DNA of 64,000 bases from Octopus vulgaris (GCA_951406725.2 CATOCA020000002.1:372001-436000), one strand, 5' to 3'; shown: positions 23,086 through 38,100, numbered from the stretch's first letter. Program-made: numbers and translations. Notes: generated by a model not told the origin, from the sequence alone.

Positions 23086-26000
23086 TAGAGTTTAGCTGTT
23101 CTAGTAAAGTATGATTTTAGTGGCAGATAAGGGTAAACTGACACCTGTGCTGATCATTTGTATCTTTGAAGAACTCCAACATATAAAGCACAATATTTGT
23201 AATATACCTAAGTTTACACCTACCACAAGGGAAGCCTCTATGTGGTCGTCCGTCCTGCTAGAAATAGCAGCGAATTCTCCCTGAAATTACTTTACACTAT
23301 ATCAAAAAAAAGGACACTTGGCATGTGATCTTAAGTTCTTTGTAGGTAGGAAAAATGACGAAATGATCAGGTTGGAATTCTTTTAAAAATCAGTTGCTCG
23401 CTCAGGCCTGACATGGGGATTAAACTGCAACTTCCATGTGTTCGCTATAAAACAACCCTACTGCTTTAAAATTCTTAAGTCAAAAAAAAAAAAAATAAAA
23501 AGAGAAAAGACACAATTGGTAATGTAGTCCAGAGAAAAAGACAAGATGGTCGCGACTTGATTGTCCTGGAACAGGTTTGTTCATCCAGAACCGACCTGGG
23601 CATTCCAAAGAAACTAGAAAAAATAATAAATAAAATGCATCGTACAAATAACACCTTAAAGAGAAACAAAACCGAATTTCTTTTAAAACGGTAGATCTTC
23701 CAACACAAATAATAATTAACTCCTATGATAAGATCGGGTAAAGGAGAATAATATTCAGTTAAATTGCACAAAATGAATCTGAAGTTGATAACATGAAGCA
23801 TTTAGCTCATAGTTCGGGTCAAAGGATTATTGTTTATATAAAGGAAAGGTGTTTATTTCTATGAGAAGCGTTTTATGATTAGAGGTGTGTAAAGAAAAAA
23901 TGTGTTCTGTGGATACGATGCATGACTTGGCTAAAGCGGGTTTTGGTGTCCAACAGACAAACGTTCAATATCATCATAAGAAGGTATATAAATTATAATA
24001 CGATAGATATGGGTATATTCGAAGGAGAAAACACACGAGAGAAACGTTTGTGGATAATAAACATATACGTGCTTCACAAGTCTTAACTGCTCTAAAAACG
24101 ATGTAGTTTTCACTGCAAGTGCTTAATACGAAATATAAAGGATGGAAAAAATTTTGAATATATCATACAAAGCAGAAGTGTGTGGTCATGAATGTATAAC
24201 CAAAATAGTGCACTGTTCGAGATAGTCTTCCAAGTTGAAAGTTTAAACACGACTGTCCAACTAAAAATGTTGAAAGAATTAATAAAGGTGAGCTAATTAT
24301 ATTCACCCTTAATTTTTTACGTGTTGCTTACAAATATTATTAAAAACTGAAGGAATATCATTCGACAGTTAGGTTTGATTGAGTATAACAATAAAGAACC
24401 AATGGTTAAAGATCAACCTTTAAAAAACAAAATAAGAAAACCAAATGCAGAAACACAAAACAGTTTGAATTCTGTTGAATACTAAATTGACGAGCCATAT
24501 CTAAAATTTAATACAGGAACATATAAACAGAATCTACAGTTCGTAACTGAACTAATACAGTGAGTGCACTATTAAGAATATAATTACTGGCCATAACTGC
24601 ACCTGTGTTTTAGCCATGCTGGAGCGAAAATAACCGCACGTTGTTTTGTGTGTGTGTGTATGTTACAATAATTTTTATCTAAACTCACACATCAGCTGAA
24701 CATTCATGTTTAGGAGTCAATAAGTAAAATCTTTTCCGAATTATAAAGGTAATTATGGTTCAATTATTAAGTAACAAAAATACAAAAGCTTTCTTTTTTC
24801 CTTTATTCTAAGAAAAAATTATAATCAACTTAATTAGCTGAAAAAAGTAATGTTTAGACTCAAATTAGAAATTACTTTCTTGAACAAAGAGAAAGTTTTG
24901 GAATTATTATTTGCCAGTGAGGAAAGAATTTGAAGAATTATTGACCAAGGTAGTGAAATAGAATATTTTAATACTTCACTACACACGATGAAAACAAATA
25001 GCTTAGAAAGGTTAGATGAGTGAACAGCATCTTTTCTTATTACACTCAAAACGCTTTTCTTGATATATAATGTTTAAAAAATACTTGAAAAAATTAAAAG
25101 CACTTTACACATACATGTGCATATGTTATTATCGTTAATGAGATTCAGGGAGTAAATTTGAAAGAATTATAGAGGAATCTAGTCCTCCCAGCAACAAATA
25201 ACGCTACAATTTCTTATGATAAACAAAACTGGTAATTTGAAACAAATGATAGTGAAACAAGCAAAAATGTCAAAATGAAATGGGAAATTCAATGGAGATA
25301 TGGCAACCTGGCTATTTAGAGCAGTGATTCCACTATGTTAGTTGTCATGCCACCCTGAGTTGACATTCAGTAAAGATTTCATAGTTGCAGTTTCCTTAAA
25401 AGACATTGGCACCAATCAGACTCTTAATATCCGTTCTTATCTCTCTTCCACTCTGTATCTTCACTTCCCATTGTAACCACAAAGAAACACCACTAGTTCT
25501 ACTGTTGGATTGTTCTAAGCTACAAGGCCGATTAATGGTTTTTATATGTCATTTTTCTCAGCTGTCGAGGTTACAGTGATGAGCTGCCAGTTGTCTAGTA
25601 GTTACTGTTGTTTTTCGTTACTTATTACAAATTAGAAATTATCAACCTCAGTCTGCTTTGCACAAGGACAGATCTTCGTTGGAACAATTAGATTATTTCC
25701 CTAATAGTAGCAAATCAACAGGACCCTATAAGCCATAAACAGAGATTGATCGAGTAGCAGTAAAAAGAGAAATATACAGATATAGAGTGAGTGAGCGAAG
25801 AGAAGAAAGAGAGAGAGAGAAAATGAATGGGAGAGAAAATTGCGGAACAGAAAAATAATCAGACTGTATAATAGTAGTAGACGTCAAATTTGAGGAGCTT
25901 CACATACGCGCGCACCCGCGTCTGTATAATACCCAGATGAAATAAAATAACCCATAAGCACAGAGATCAAATAAAAGAGAAAAAAATGATTGAGTGAATG

Positions 26001-27619
26001 GGAGGGGGAAAAGAGAAAGTGAGAGAAACGACAGTCAGTATACATTAGTAGTAGCAATAGTAATAATAAAATGAAAACGAACTTCCTTGAGAAAAATAAA
26101 ATAAACACCTGGTTTAATAACTTTTTTCGTCAAAACAAATATTATCAATCACTCACACGCAAACATATATATATATATATATATCAAAATTTGCAATTAA
26201 TTTGATTGATTTGAAGCAGTCGCCACTCATGACAACACCGACCCCACCTTCACTACCGGTTTTGTTTTGTTTTTTAAGAACCAAACTCAAGATCTTTCTT
26301 ATCCTAATTTCCTTCCTTATTTTTTTAATTTTTTTTATTTCTTGACAATACATAAAAGCTTACCAAAATATGTCCTATATCCACTTGAAAGAGACTGCAA
26401 AACGTCAACTGTTGAACGCTTCTCGAAAAGGGGCCGTTGCGTTAGGCCGACAACACTACTGCTGCACTTGCGCCTGCGCAACATTTCATAAGTTGTGTAA
26501 AAAACTTGGAATGCTCTTGGGGAAAACGAATCTTCTGCAATTAAGAAAAAAAGGCTGTGCGTTGGAGTTGATCAAATGTGTTTTACAGTTATTTCTTTTT
26601 GCTTCATTTTATTATATGGTCTTTTTAGCCATTGCTATGGTTTCTTAACTCAAATACCAAACAGGGTCATTTATCTCTTTCATCCCCTCGACGTGAATTA
26701 AATATGTTACTTGTTAAATATTGAACTGTTAGCACACCGGACAAAATGTTGAACGGTATTACGTTTTAAGTTCAAATGCCGCCGTGGTCGACTTTGCCTT
26801 TCATCCTTTCAGGGTCGATAAAAGAAATACCAGTTCAATACTGGGGTTGATTCACCTCCTCCCTCGAAATTGATGGCCATGTGCCAAAATTTGAAAATAT
26901 TAGTATTGAGAGCAGCGCATGCCATCAAAGTGACACTGGGGTACAAATATATGAAGCTCAATATACCCATCATGACTACTCGTCTGATAAGGGTACACCA
27001 AGCACATGCATCACAACCATATGTGCATGACATGGTGATCTCATATCAAGATAAACAATGCATGACCTTGCAGGTGAGCCCAATTAGAATTTTCTTCAGG
27101 TCAAGTAGCCCATCCCACTCAAAAGGTCCCTGAATAAGGGTTGTTTAAGGATGGTGAATGAAACACCTATGTTTCCAGAGGTGAATTATTCAAACCCCAT
27201 AGAATTCCTCTCAACACTATGATGTTATCCCACCACTTCTGCTCTTGATCAGAATTGTACATATCATCTGTCACTAAGGAACATGATTATGGTCAAACAA
27301 CTGACAAGCAAATCTGTGGTATTTAGCAGAATATTTGCTGTAGCCCATCTTTTATATGAAGACAAAACATGTACATGATAACATCCAATCATGAGAGCTA
27401 GTGCTTGGTACTGCATAAGGGCATTTATTATTATTATTAAAAATTATTTTTATTGTGCATATTTCTCGAACTTGGTTGTTAGTGTCCTGAGTGCCCTACG
27501 ACTACTGGAATGACACACACCCTCCTCATAGTCCACATTCTTGCAATTTCATCTTTTAGTAGTCTGTATTTTTCAGTCTTTTCTAATTCTTTGTCACTTA
27601 TGCATTCATCCCCAGGCAT

Positions 27620-28120
27620 CGTCTGTGCTTCTGTGCAATGTCTGCAACATAAAATGGCAAGATAAGATATCAAATGTCAAAATCTTAGAAAAATGTGGCA
27701 TCACCAGTATCCAAAGCATGCTGCCAAGAATTCAGTGCAGATGGGTAGGACATGTTCAAATGAAAGATGATTACATTTCAAAAATTCTTTTGTGTGGCCA
27801 ACAAGTAGAGGGATATCACGGTAAAGGAAGACCTGTTCTTGGGTATAAAGATAAGTTGAAGCAATCACTAAAATCTCTACAGCTTATCATGACATTTTGA
27901 GAAAGTCATTACCTAAATTGGTCTGCATGGTGTAGAATGTGCCAAGATGCATCAAAACAATTTGAGTTGAAGAAACATAACAAGAAAAGAATTATATCCT
28001 GCAATCAACAGACATATTTGTCCAATCCCAGGCAAAATCAAAATCAATAGTGTCCCTATTGTGTGTTAATAGCAAAATCAATGCCTGGACTCAAATTACA
28101 TCTTCACATCCATCGCAAAT
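27620..28120 (+). mobile_element. Old RTE-type LINE C-terminal fragment
   Basis: IKWQDKISNVKILEKCGITSIQSML..RWVGHV..KGRP..YKDKLK. Confidence 0.7.
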
Positions 28121-28233
28121 AGATGCAGCTTCTTTTGTTCTTTTATTTTTTAAAGTTTTCTCTTTTTTCTTTTCTTTAAATCCTTTCCCTGAAACATTCA
28201 TATATCAAAATCAATGGGAGTGACCGTTATTAC

Positions 28234-28284
<51 letters not shown>

Positions 28285-28659
28285 ATGGTCTTATTTTGTC
28301 ATGTACTTTCACTGCACTACTGAGCACAGCTCTGTGTGCCTTGGGTATGTACAGTGGTTTTATTTTCACTGTACTAAAAGTACTTCGCATAGGATGTGTA
28401 TAGTGCCTTATCATTATTACTGTTGTGGTTAGAATGTAGTGAACTGGCAGAATCGTTAGAACACCAGGCAAAGTGCTTAGTGGCATTTTGTCCATCTTCA
28501 GGTTCTGAGTTCAAATTCCACCAAGTTTGGCTTTGCCTTTCATCCTTTCAGGGTGTATGAATAAAGTACCAGTGAAACACTGAGGTTGTAGTAATCAACT
28601 AGTCCCCTCCCCCAAACTTACAGGCCTTGTGCCTATAGTAGAAAGGATTATTATTATTA

Positions 28660-31020
28660 TTGTTTTACTTTTGAGAATGCTCGGTCTTGTTTGATCTGGT
28701 AGATTCTGTGAGAGCAGACAGCAGCCTGCTGTCAGAGGTTTCACAGTGTCTCTTTCTGTACATTATAAGTTTTGATACTTGGTTGTTAATTACTGTGGGA
28801 GACATTCAACATCTAAGTACCAATCTCAAAATCCTAGCTGTCCCCAGCAGAGCAGTTTTTTGGACTTGTCAATTCCAATTTCTCTAACATATTTCTCAAA
28901 CTTGGTTGTTAGTGTCCTGAGTGCCCCTACGACTACTGGAATGACAGACACTCTCCTCATAGTCCACATTCTTGCAATTTCATCTTTTAGTAGTCTGTAT
29001 TTTTCAGTCTTTTCTAATTCTTTGTCACTTATGCATTCATCCCCAGGCATCACAATCCCCAGGTATTGCAATATCTATAATCTTGGTTTCCTTTTTCCTT
29101 TATCTCACAAAAATATCTGGTCTCCGAGCATTGATTAGGGAGTCACATTGGATTGTAAAATCTCACAGTATCTTATATTCCTTGTTCTCAGTGACTCCTG
29201 GTTCATGTTTGTATCAGTTCTGTGCTTTCTTAAGGCTGTACTTTTCACATAACCTCCAGTGGACAAACTTAGCCACATTATCATGCCTCCTTTTGTAGTG
29301 GGCCAGCTTGCTACACTCTCTCACAGTATATGAGATTGTTTCATTTCTGCTGTAATACATCCTACAAAAGGGTGATTCATCATCATCTCATCATCATCAT
29401 CATCATCATCATCGTTGTTCTTATTTATTTGGAACTTGGTGCAATTAGTTCTCAGGGCTTTTTCTTGGGTGCTGCATATCAATACCTCAGTGCATCCTTT
29501 CAGATCATCTTTTCTTAGCTATCTCCAAGTGTTGATCTTGTCTTTTCCTTTGATTTCTCTCAGGTATTGCCCATGCAGTGATTTAATTTTCCAATTGTTA
29601 CCCTGCGTGCATAGGTGAAAGCAGGATATTGTAGTCAATTGTCTTTGTCTATTTGTCTGTGTGTTTGCAAAATTACCGGAAAATGGCTGAACGGATTTTC
29701 ACCAAATTTGGCAAAACTACTCACTAGGTGAGTGGCTCGAAATGATGAAAATTTGGTTTGATTATCTTCAAACATACATAGATAGACGACTGGGTGTGTG
29801 TTTGTGTGTGTGTGTGTGCAGTAATGGATTCGAGGGTTTTGTTTATTTATGAGTTGATTTCTTAATTTCACTGGAGTATAATGATAATACTTTAAAATAC
29901 TATAATATTTATAATGATAATACTATAATACCTATAATGATAATATTAAAAAAAAAAATTTTTTTTAATCAAACTTACAAATTTCCTGATAAACAAGTTG
30001 AGTCAAACACAAAGCTTAATTCAGTTCAATTAAAAAGCTTGGGTAAGCAATGCAATGTAAGCCACCCTATAATTTGTGAAAAAATTTATCCACGTGCAGG
30101 GTATGTATCCCTCCTCCAATGCCTTTTTTTCATTTACCCTTTCTTCTTCATCTTGTGTCTTAAATGTTTGTGGGTGCATCACATTTTCGGTAGGTATTGT
30201 ATTGTTAATTCTAACAGCAGCAAGCAAGGATTCACTCTGCTGTTTTATGTACCATCCCAGACTGTTCTTCTTGTTGGCAAAACAGCTCTTGCATATGAGG
30301 CCACTTTCTCTCCCTGTTCCTAAGCACAGTCTGTCAGTATTGCTTTTGGGGTGTAGTTCCTTGTTAATTGTCATCACATTTCCTAGTTTTCCCGTCCATT
30401 TCCTCAAGCTCATTCTTTGTCCACCTAACAACACATTTGCCATATTGCATAAACGAAACAGCCCATATGTTCACTGCCCTGATCTTGAGCCTACTTCTCA
30501 TAATTAATTTGGTTCCTCTGAAATATTCTCACCTAAAGCTCTCCTTCATTTCATTTTCTTTGATTTTGTAGTATGCCAAAATCCCCAGATATTTATATCC
30601 ATTAGTCTCAATATCTTTGATTTTCTCACCATCAGACAACACTACTTTGCCACTTTGTATTATAAGCATACAATACATTTTAATCCCAAATTCCATTCCA
30701 ATATCCTTACTAAATATCTACAATGTTGAAACTAGGCCATTTATTTCATGTTCAGTCTTCCCAAAGATCTTTAAGTCATCCATATATAATAGATGATTTA
30801 ATTTTCCTCCACTTTTCAAGATGTACCCTGATGTCACTTTCCGTAGAATTTGTGTGAGTGGTATCATATAAATTACAAACAGTAATGGTGATAGGCTATC
30901 TCCTTGAAATATGCCTCGTGATGTTAACTCCCACCAAAAATTTTCCACATGAATTTAACTCTGTATTCCAGTTTTTCATTGATCTCCTAACAAAATTTGA
31001 TATGTTATCAGACACCTGTA
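28660..31020 (-). mobile_element. R4/Dong-like LINE remnant (RT + restriction-like endonuclease), next to (TAA)n
   Basis: GIFQGDSLSPLLF, HLLYMDDLK and KELEKTEKY..LKDEIARMW..VIPVVVGAL. 27467-27620 duplicates 28900-29050. Confidence 0.75.
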
Positions 31021-31029
31021 CCAGCTCAA

Positions 31030-31960
31030 GACTTCTCTGCTTGAAAGTTGCTTAGAGCATCAGCAGCACTACTCAGTTCACAACTATGGTCACAAGTTCA
31101 TATGGCTAACATTTTTTATGAACTTCAGGTTGAACTGATAGTTGTTCTAGTACATCTTCTTTAGGTTACCCTGGACACAACTGCTCTGCTCAAGTGCACT
31201 GTATAATAGTTGTCGTAGACCCCAAGAGTTGTCCATACAGAACATGTGAGCTTGTCTATCTGAGCTAAACCTTGAGAATCCTTTCTAGTGCATCTGGAGT
31301 TGGCTCTGTGAGGTTGGTGAGACAGCTTTGCCAATGAATTTGCATGATCAATCATAGAAAACTGTTATGAAATGCGTAACACAAGTCACTTTATGTGTTG
31401 GTGATATAACATCCATGTCTCACAGCCATACAAAATTGCAGAGAGCACAACAGCATTATTTTCAGTTGGGTAGAGAAGTGATGGTTCTTGTACTGCAGTA
31501 CTTTAATGCAGATACTTCCAAGTACCTGGCTAGCTTTCTTGATCCTCAATGTAACTTCTTTGTCGATGTAACTTCTTTACCATTTAAGATGGTATTCCCC
31601 AGATATCTGAAGCTGCTGATGTCTTGCAGCAGTGTGCTATTGTGGAGTATTGCTGGTCACAAGAGGATTCCATTCTTCTCTGGCCCAACAACATTGATGC
31701 CACAGAATCTGTCTATAATTGTATCCTTGGTGTGCCACGAGTGTAGAGTTATTGTTAGTTCTTCTATAATAAGCTTTTTAAGAGTTTTTGAGGGTACTTC
31801 AAGGCAACAAAGATCAAACAAAGCCCATCTTGGCGGTAGTTGAAGAAACCCATGTAGTTGGGAGAGGAAGAGATTGGTAAAAAAAAAATGCAGCTCAGCT
31901 TCACACTGCTGCCTTTGGGCAAGCAGAGTCAAGTAACACTTCTCTGGGTGGATCCTAGCT
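31030..31960 (-). mobile_element. Degenerate RTE-type RT fragment; related piece at ~35830-36250
   Basis: Minus strand gives IEELTIT..TKDTIID..G..V and FRYLG. Shares AAGTACCTGGCTAGCTTTCTT with 36155-36175 (inverted). Confidence 0.5.
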
Positions 31961-32596
31961 AATTAAAGACAATGAGGCCAGCAATTCCAGGGAGAGAGAG
32001 AGCATTTCAATCTGCTCCTAAACCACCCCTTCACTGTTGACCAATCAGCTCTTGACCAAATTCCCAGAAACCAGAACTTGGGCACTTCATTGACACTCCA
32101 TACCTTAGCTGAAATCCAGTAAAGTGATCAAGCAGATGAGCTGTGGCAAGACATCTTGCAGGAATAGCATTCCTAAATATTTGTACTAGGTTTAGATTAG
32201 GTGTTGTAGGAGGCATTCTACAATTTTCTATTTAGTACTTGTAAAGAGAAAGAAGCTTCCCATTATGAGTAAAATCCAGGCTCACATCATTATCCATAGG
32301 CTCGTCTCAAATATATCAGAGCAAACCTCCTTAATTCTCTGATCAGAATGCAGATTCAGACTAGATATGACTTTCATTGTGAGGCAAATACAGAGAAATG
32401 CCTTAAGTAGAATTTGAACCTGTACTTTTGTCTTCATTGACTTGGGGAAAGTTTTGACACAGTGAACTGATAAGTTTTATGAATTGTCCTCAAAAAGACT
32501 GGGTCCCCTTCCAACTCAACAACCTTATTCACTTCTACCACAATGACATAACTGGAGAAATGCTCTCAGCTGACAAACATAGAAATACATACATAC

Positions 32597-34557
32597 TGTA
32601 GCAGAAGCATGTTCACAGTTTGGCTCTTTACCTTCAAGTACCTACATTTTGGCTCATCACCATTGTTTTCCGCAAGTGGTCACATGACCTGATCACATAT
32701 TGATAAACCCAGCCATGCCAATTGGATGCTTTAAGTTACCCAATCAGACCAGCTGAGCGTGGGAAATTTATGCCTCTTTCTTGGAGCCTACCATCAGCTA
32801 TTTAAGGAAACCTTTCCTGCTATTTCTTTTGTGAGGTGGGTTTTGCATGAGCAAATTTGGATCTTTGGCAGAGAGCAAGTTTTATTCTGCAGGCAGCCTC
32901 ATGATTAAAGTTTTTCTTAACCATTTTCCATTTTCCAGGCCCTGCATGCAAGACATTATTTTACTTTCAAACATTACCTCTTACTACTACTACCGACCTT
33001 TTCATGCCAGTACAGCATTGTCTACTTACTAGAAATAGCAGTCATTTGCTCATCAATATTTCTCAGCTAAATACGCAACCATTTTTGATGCTTTCTTTTG
33101 CATTTCTTCATTTTGATTTTCCAGCATTTCTTCATTTTGATCTTCTTCTTTGCCAAGTTCACTTTTTTTTATCTACTGTTCACGCTGCTACATTTCAGTT
33201 TGGTTATTTTTAGTTACAGCTGCTGTTGTGAATTTTTGCCTCTACATGAAAAGTCATTTTCCTGCTTCTCATGGCTGGAGAATGGGGATACTTGGATTTT
33301 TTTTCAATTGCATAGTACCTTTTAATCCTGCATTTTTTTATCACTCTTCTTCAGCTTTGTTTGTCAGAGATTACAAGGAATTAAAATCTCTAACTTAGAT
33401 TCAGCAGTTTGCTGCTGCCACTTTTAGGATTTTCATTTGTCATCTTCAAACAGAATCACCTCCATACACACCAATTCAAATTTGACGAACTCTCATCCAC
33501 TGCCACCTTGGATTTCAACATTTTCTTCACCATTGATGTCAGCAGATTTTTTTCTTCACCTGCAATGATTTTTTATTTCAACCTGCTTAACTGTGAGAGC
33601 TTCACATCTCATTTTTGCTGCCATTCTACATCCTTTTTTGCAGAAGCTACAGTAACCAGCAGACTTCAACATCCTTCTTTGTCACAGTGTTTATTGCTTA
33701 CCACTGTTTTCACTACTGCAAGTTCAGCTTACTCATGATCATTCCTTTGTACCAGCTCATCACTTACAGTATTTAGTGAACTATCTACAGATCATGAAGT
33801 TTTTGCAGCTTCACATCATTGGATTCACTTTCTTTCGACCTTTCAGAACTTCTTCGGAATTCACCCCACACTATTACTTTTGAACCAGTATTTTTTTTTT
33901 TTTCAGATTCATGTTTTTGATATCGGAGATTACAATTTAGCAAAAACAAAAATGTTAATTTTTGAAATGCTGGTAGCCAAACTGCCTTTTACAGATGAAT
34001 CTGAAAAAATAAAAAATAAAAGATTACTGGTTCAAAAGTTATAAAGTGGGATTTCTACAAACTTTTGGCTATTTTTCATAGTAGTTGTACTGTACATGTC
34101 TATTTCAGTTTTACTCATACTTTTTTCTCTTTTTTATTGCATTTCCTTTTTGTACATTTTTGTTCTTACCATTTGTTGTACATTTTTCCTTCTAGCTAGA
34201 GTTTTTTTTTTTTTTGCATCTTTCCCTTGCAGTCATTCTTATGGTCCTAGGGAAGTTGTAACAGACACATGTTTACAGTTTGGCTCTTTACCTTCAAGTA
34301 CCCACATTTTGGCTCAACACCATTGTTTTCTGCAAGTTGTCACATGACCTGGTTACACATTGACAAACCCAGTCATGCCAATTGGACACTTTAAGTTACC
34401 CAATCAGACCAGCTGAGTGCGGAAAATTTATGCCTCTTTCCTGGAGCCTACTGTCAGCTGTTTAAGGAAACCTTTCCTGCTATTTCTCTTGTGAGGTGGG
34501 TTTTGCATAAGTTTGGATCTTTGGCAGAGAGCAAGTTTTATTCTGCAGGCATCCTCA
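32597..34557 (+). mobile_element. Small non-autonomous LTR element (LTRs 32597-32901 and 34257-34557)
   Basis: Two ~300-bp direct repeats, each TG..CA. Purine run AGGGAAG precedes the second. Internal ~1.35 kb without an intact ORF; no TSD seen. Confidence 0.7.
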
Positions 34558-35294
34558 TCTATCCTTCGATGCGTATGTTTGTTCCTGTCTTTCAGCACAA
34601 GTGATGTCTCATATTTTGTTTCCCTGTTTTACATCGCATACATCATCATTATGTATCAACTGCATATTGAATCATTGTGTATATATTCTGACCTTTCCTT
34701 CAAATGTATCTCAACAGCTTTGCTGTGTTCATGCTTTTTAACAGGTTGAATAAATCATCGCAATCCTGGTTTCCCCATTCTTCCTTTATCTATACACACA
34801 GTTTTACTCAAATCAGCATTATTTATCTACACAAACTTCACTCATTAAAATACATACATATATGTGTATGTATGCACGTGTGTATGTGTGCAGACATGTA
34901 TATATGAAATATATTTTGTCAAGTTATGGATTCACTCTCAGACTTATTTATTCACTGTTAGATTTATTTTAAGCTCCTTTTCTAAGTGGCCAGACATAGC
35001 TTCTCTGAGCTTATCATTCCCTGGATATAGATATATATATAGAGAGAGTGGGAAGATGGACAGAAAGAGATTGAAGAAAGAGAATAACAGAACACAGTAC
35101 AGGGCTGGTACTTTCATGATTGACTGCGAAAGGATGAAAGGTAAAGTTGACCTTGATAATATTTTGAGTCTGAGTGCAGACAGCCAGATCAATTCAAAGC
35201 ATGCTAGCTAACTCTCAAATGATTCTGCATAGTTCCTTATTGTAGAAACTGTTCTGAGTTAATGAAAGTGGTGATGTAACTCCTGTTCTTTTGT

Positions 35295-35668
35295 TATTAC
35301 CTCCGCCTTGGCAGAGGCTGAGATATTGCTTTCAGTCATGTTTGTTTGTTTGTTCGTCTGTGGACAAGATATCTCAAGAACCACTGGATGGATTCAGATA
35401 AAACTTTCAGGGATGTTTGGCCTCACAACTGGCATAAACTGATTAGATTTTGGGATCGATCCAGTACTGGACAAGGATTCTGGATTATTTTTCCAGTTTT
35501 TTTAAAATTAATTTTTGAGAGCTGTCAGGTTCATTTTTAATATTCTCGTTGTTGAGAGTAGTCGAGTTTATTTAAGATATTCTCATTTTAAAAATCATCT
35601 CTGGCTAATCATTGAGAGGGCGTTGGTGTTGCTTTGGCAGAGGTTTGCGCTCTCTGAGTACTCTTGTT
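35295..35668. mobile_element. Short non-autonomous DNA element (Helentron/DINE-like)
   Basis: TTATTACCTCCGCC..GGCAGAGG hairpin, (TTTG)n microsatellite and terminal GGCAGAGGTTTGCGCTCT. Architecture only; family not proven. Confidence 0.4.
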
Positions 35669-36254
35669 CATTTATTAATATTACTCCCAATACTGACCGG
35701 CTGTTTTATGTAAGAGTTTGAAGCAGAGAACATCAGGCAATTCACATCCCCTTTTCTTCCGTCTGGACCTTAGTAACAACTGGTTATTGATACAGCTATG
35801 ATACACACACACACACACACATTTCTGTTAAAAACCCAGACACGGGCTTTTTCAACTACCGCCAGGATGGTCCTCTGTTTCATCTTCATTGCCTTGAAGT
35901 ACATGCGAAGACTCTCAAAAAGCTTATTATAGAATAACTACCTAATGATGACTCCACACTTATGGCACACCAAGGAAATAATTATAGATTCTCAGTTGCA
36001 TCAAAGGTGTTTGGCCAAAGAAGACTTAAATCTTCCTGCAGCCTGCATCCAGCTGTACTCCATGATAGTATGCAGCTGTGAAACATCAGATATCTGGAGA
36101 ATAATATCTCAAGCAATGAAGAACTCGACAAAGATGCTACATTAAAGATTAAGAAAGCTAGCCAGGTACTTGGAAGTATCTACTTTAAAGTACAAGAACA
36201 ATCGCTTCTCCACCCAACTGAAAATAATGCTGTTGTACTCTCTGCAATTTACTC

Positions 36255-36680
36255 ATTACTCTTTTACACGTTTCAGTCATTTGACTGTGGCCATGCTGGA
36301 GCATCGCCTTTAGTCAAAGAAATCGACCCAGGACTTATTCTTTGTAAGCTTAGTACTTAGTCTATTGGTCTCTTTTGCTGAACCACTAAGTTTTAGAGAC
36401 ATAAACACACCAACATCAGTCGTCAAGCGATGGTGGGGGAACAAGCACAAAGACTCACACATATAAATAAATAAATATATATATATATATATATAAATAT
36501 ACACACACACATATATACATGATGGACTTGTTTCAGTTTCCGTCTGCCAAACCCACTCACAAGGCTTTGGTCAACCCAAGGCTCAAGTTGAAGACACTTG
36601 CCCATGGTGCCACACAGTGAGACTGAACCCAGAACCATGTGGTTGAGATGCACGCTTCTTACCACACAGTTATGCTTGAG
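36255..36680 (-). mobile_element. tRNA-derived SINE (family of 22661-23085)
   Basis: Reverse complement match including the tRNA head and 3' GCTCCAGCATGGCC. Confidence 0.85.
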
Positions 36681-37259
36681 ACCATTCTGAGGTACTGAGC
36701 CTCCATGTGGCTTCTTTCAGTTTCTATCTACCAAATCCACTCAAGGCTTTGGTCAGCCTGAGGCTATAGTAGAAGACACTTGCCCAGTGTGCCTTCTGGG
36801 GAAATATAGTGCAACTATATTTCCCTGTATCCTTTCAGTAAGTTGCATATTTCATGTTCTTGACACTTATTCAGAATATCATTTCCCTGTAGTATTTTGC
36901 TTGTCAAGAATTGCAGGAACCGACAGCTGTTACATTACAAGCCATTAACCATTCACCAATACCCACATCCATGACATTAGATTTTAATTTGCAAAGAGAA
37001 TTCAGGTGGATTTTTCTGACTGCAGATCTCCTTACTATATATCACTGGAGCTATTTTTTTAAAAATCACTAAGCTCTTCTTGTTGACTTTGAAACAAGAA
37101 ACTAATTGACTCTGAAACTGACTTATCAATACAAGGTATGAGCATGAAATCTACTACTGTTGGTCCTCTTTTCTTTTTAGCCTCTTCATCTAATCACTAC
37201 ACATGATCCTGAAAAAGTTTCCTGATATCATTTGCACTGGTGATGCATCACTTTTGTCA

Positions 37260-38100
37260 CAAAAGATCCTCCTGATTCTGCTTCACTGAGACCAAATGAA
37301 AATAGCAAAAGATGAATTCAGCCATATGTTGGAACTTAGCATAATTCGACCTTCCTGTAGTAATTGCGCTTCTCTGCATAGGGTTCCAAAGAAAACTGAC
37401 TGAGATTGATGTCCTTGAGGAGATTATAAAAGATTTAATGCTTTCAGTGTTCTGGATAAATATCCTATTCTTCACATCCATGGTTTCTCAGCTTCTCCAC
37501 ATGGTTGTATCATTTTTTTGAAAATTGACAAAGTTTGTGCTTATTATTAGATTCTCTTAGAACCTGCTGATGTTCCTAAAGCTGCAATAACTACCCACTT
37601 TGGACTCTTTGAATCTCTCAAAATGTCTTTCGGTCTTGGGAATGCTGCGAGTTCATTTCAATGATTTATCGACAAAGTGGTTTTGACTTTGTGTTTGCTT
37701 ATATTGACTTATTAATTGTAAGTGCTTCAGAAGAGCAACATGAACAGTATTTGGAGCAAGTTTTTATTAGGGTTATCACTCTATTGTGTTATCACTCTAG
37801 TTATCACTCTAGATGCAGTTGTGAAAAATCCTGTTCCTACATCATTAAGGAAATTGCAAGAATTCCACGTCCTTATAAACTCTTATAGGTGGTTCATTCT
37901 GTACTATATGGAGACAATGTATCCATTAAAGGGATTTCTACGTAATCTTAAATGGAAATACAAGAGTGTCTCCTTAACTCCAACAGAGTTACATAAAGTA
38001 GAAATAACTAGAGAAATAACTTTATTAGCCCACCTGATACCAGACAACCTTATCCCTTGTGGTGGATGCATCGAATGTAGAAGTCGGTGGAACACCTACA
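37260..38100 (+). mobile_element. Degenerate Ty3/gypsy RT remnant
   Basis: YPILHI..FLKID..AYY..DVPKAAITTHFGLFE..MSFGLGNAASSFQ..FVFAYID. Confidence 0.75.

Noticed and set aside
24834-25049. 71-aa ORF in the unique region
   Set aside because: Short, AT-rich, no motif or splice support.
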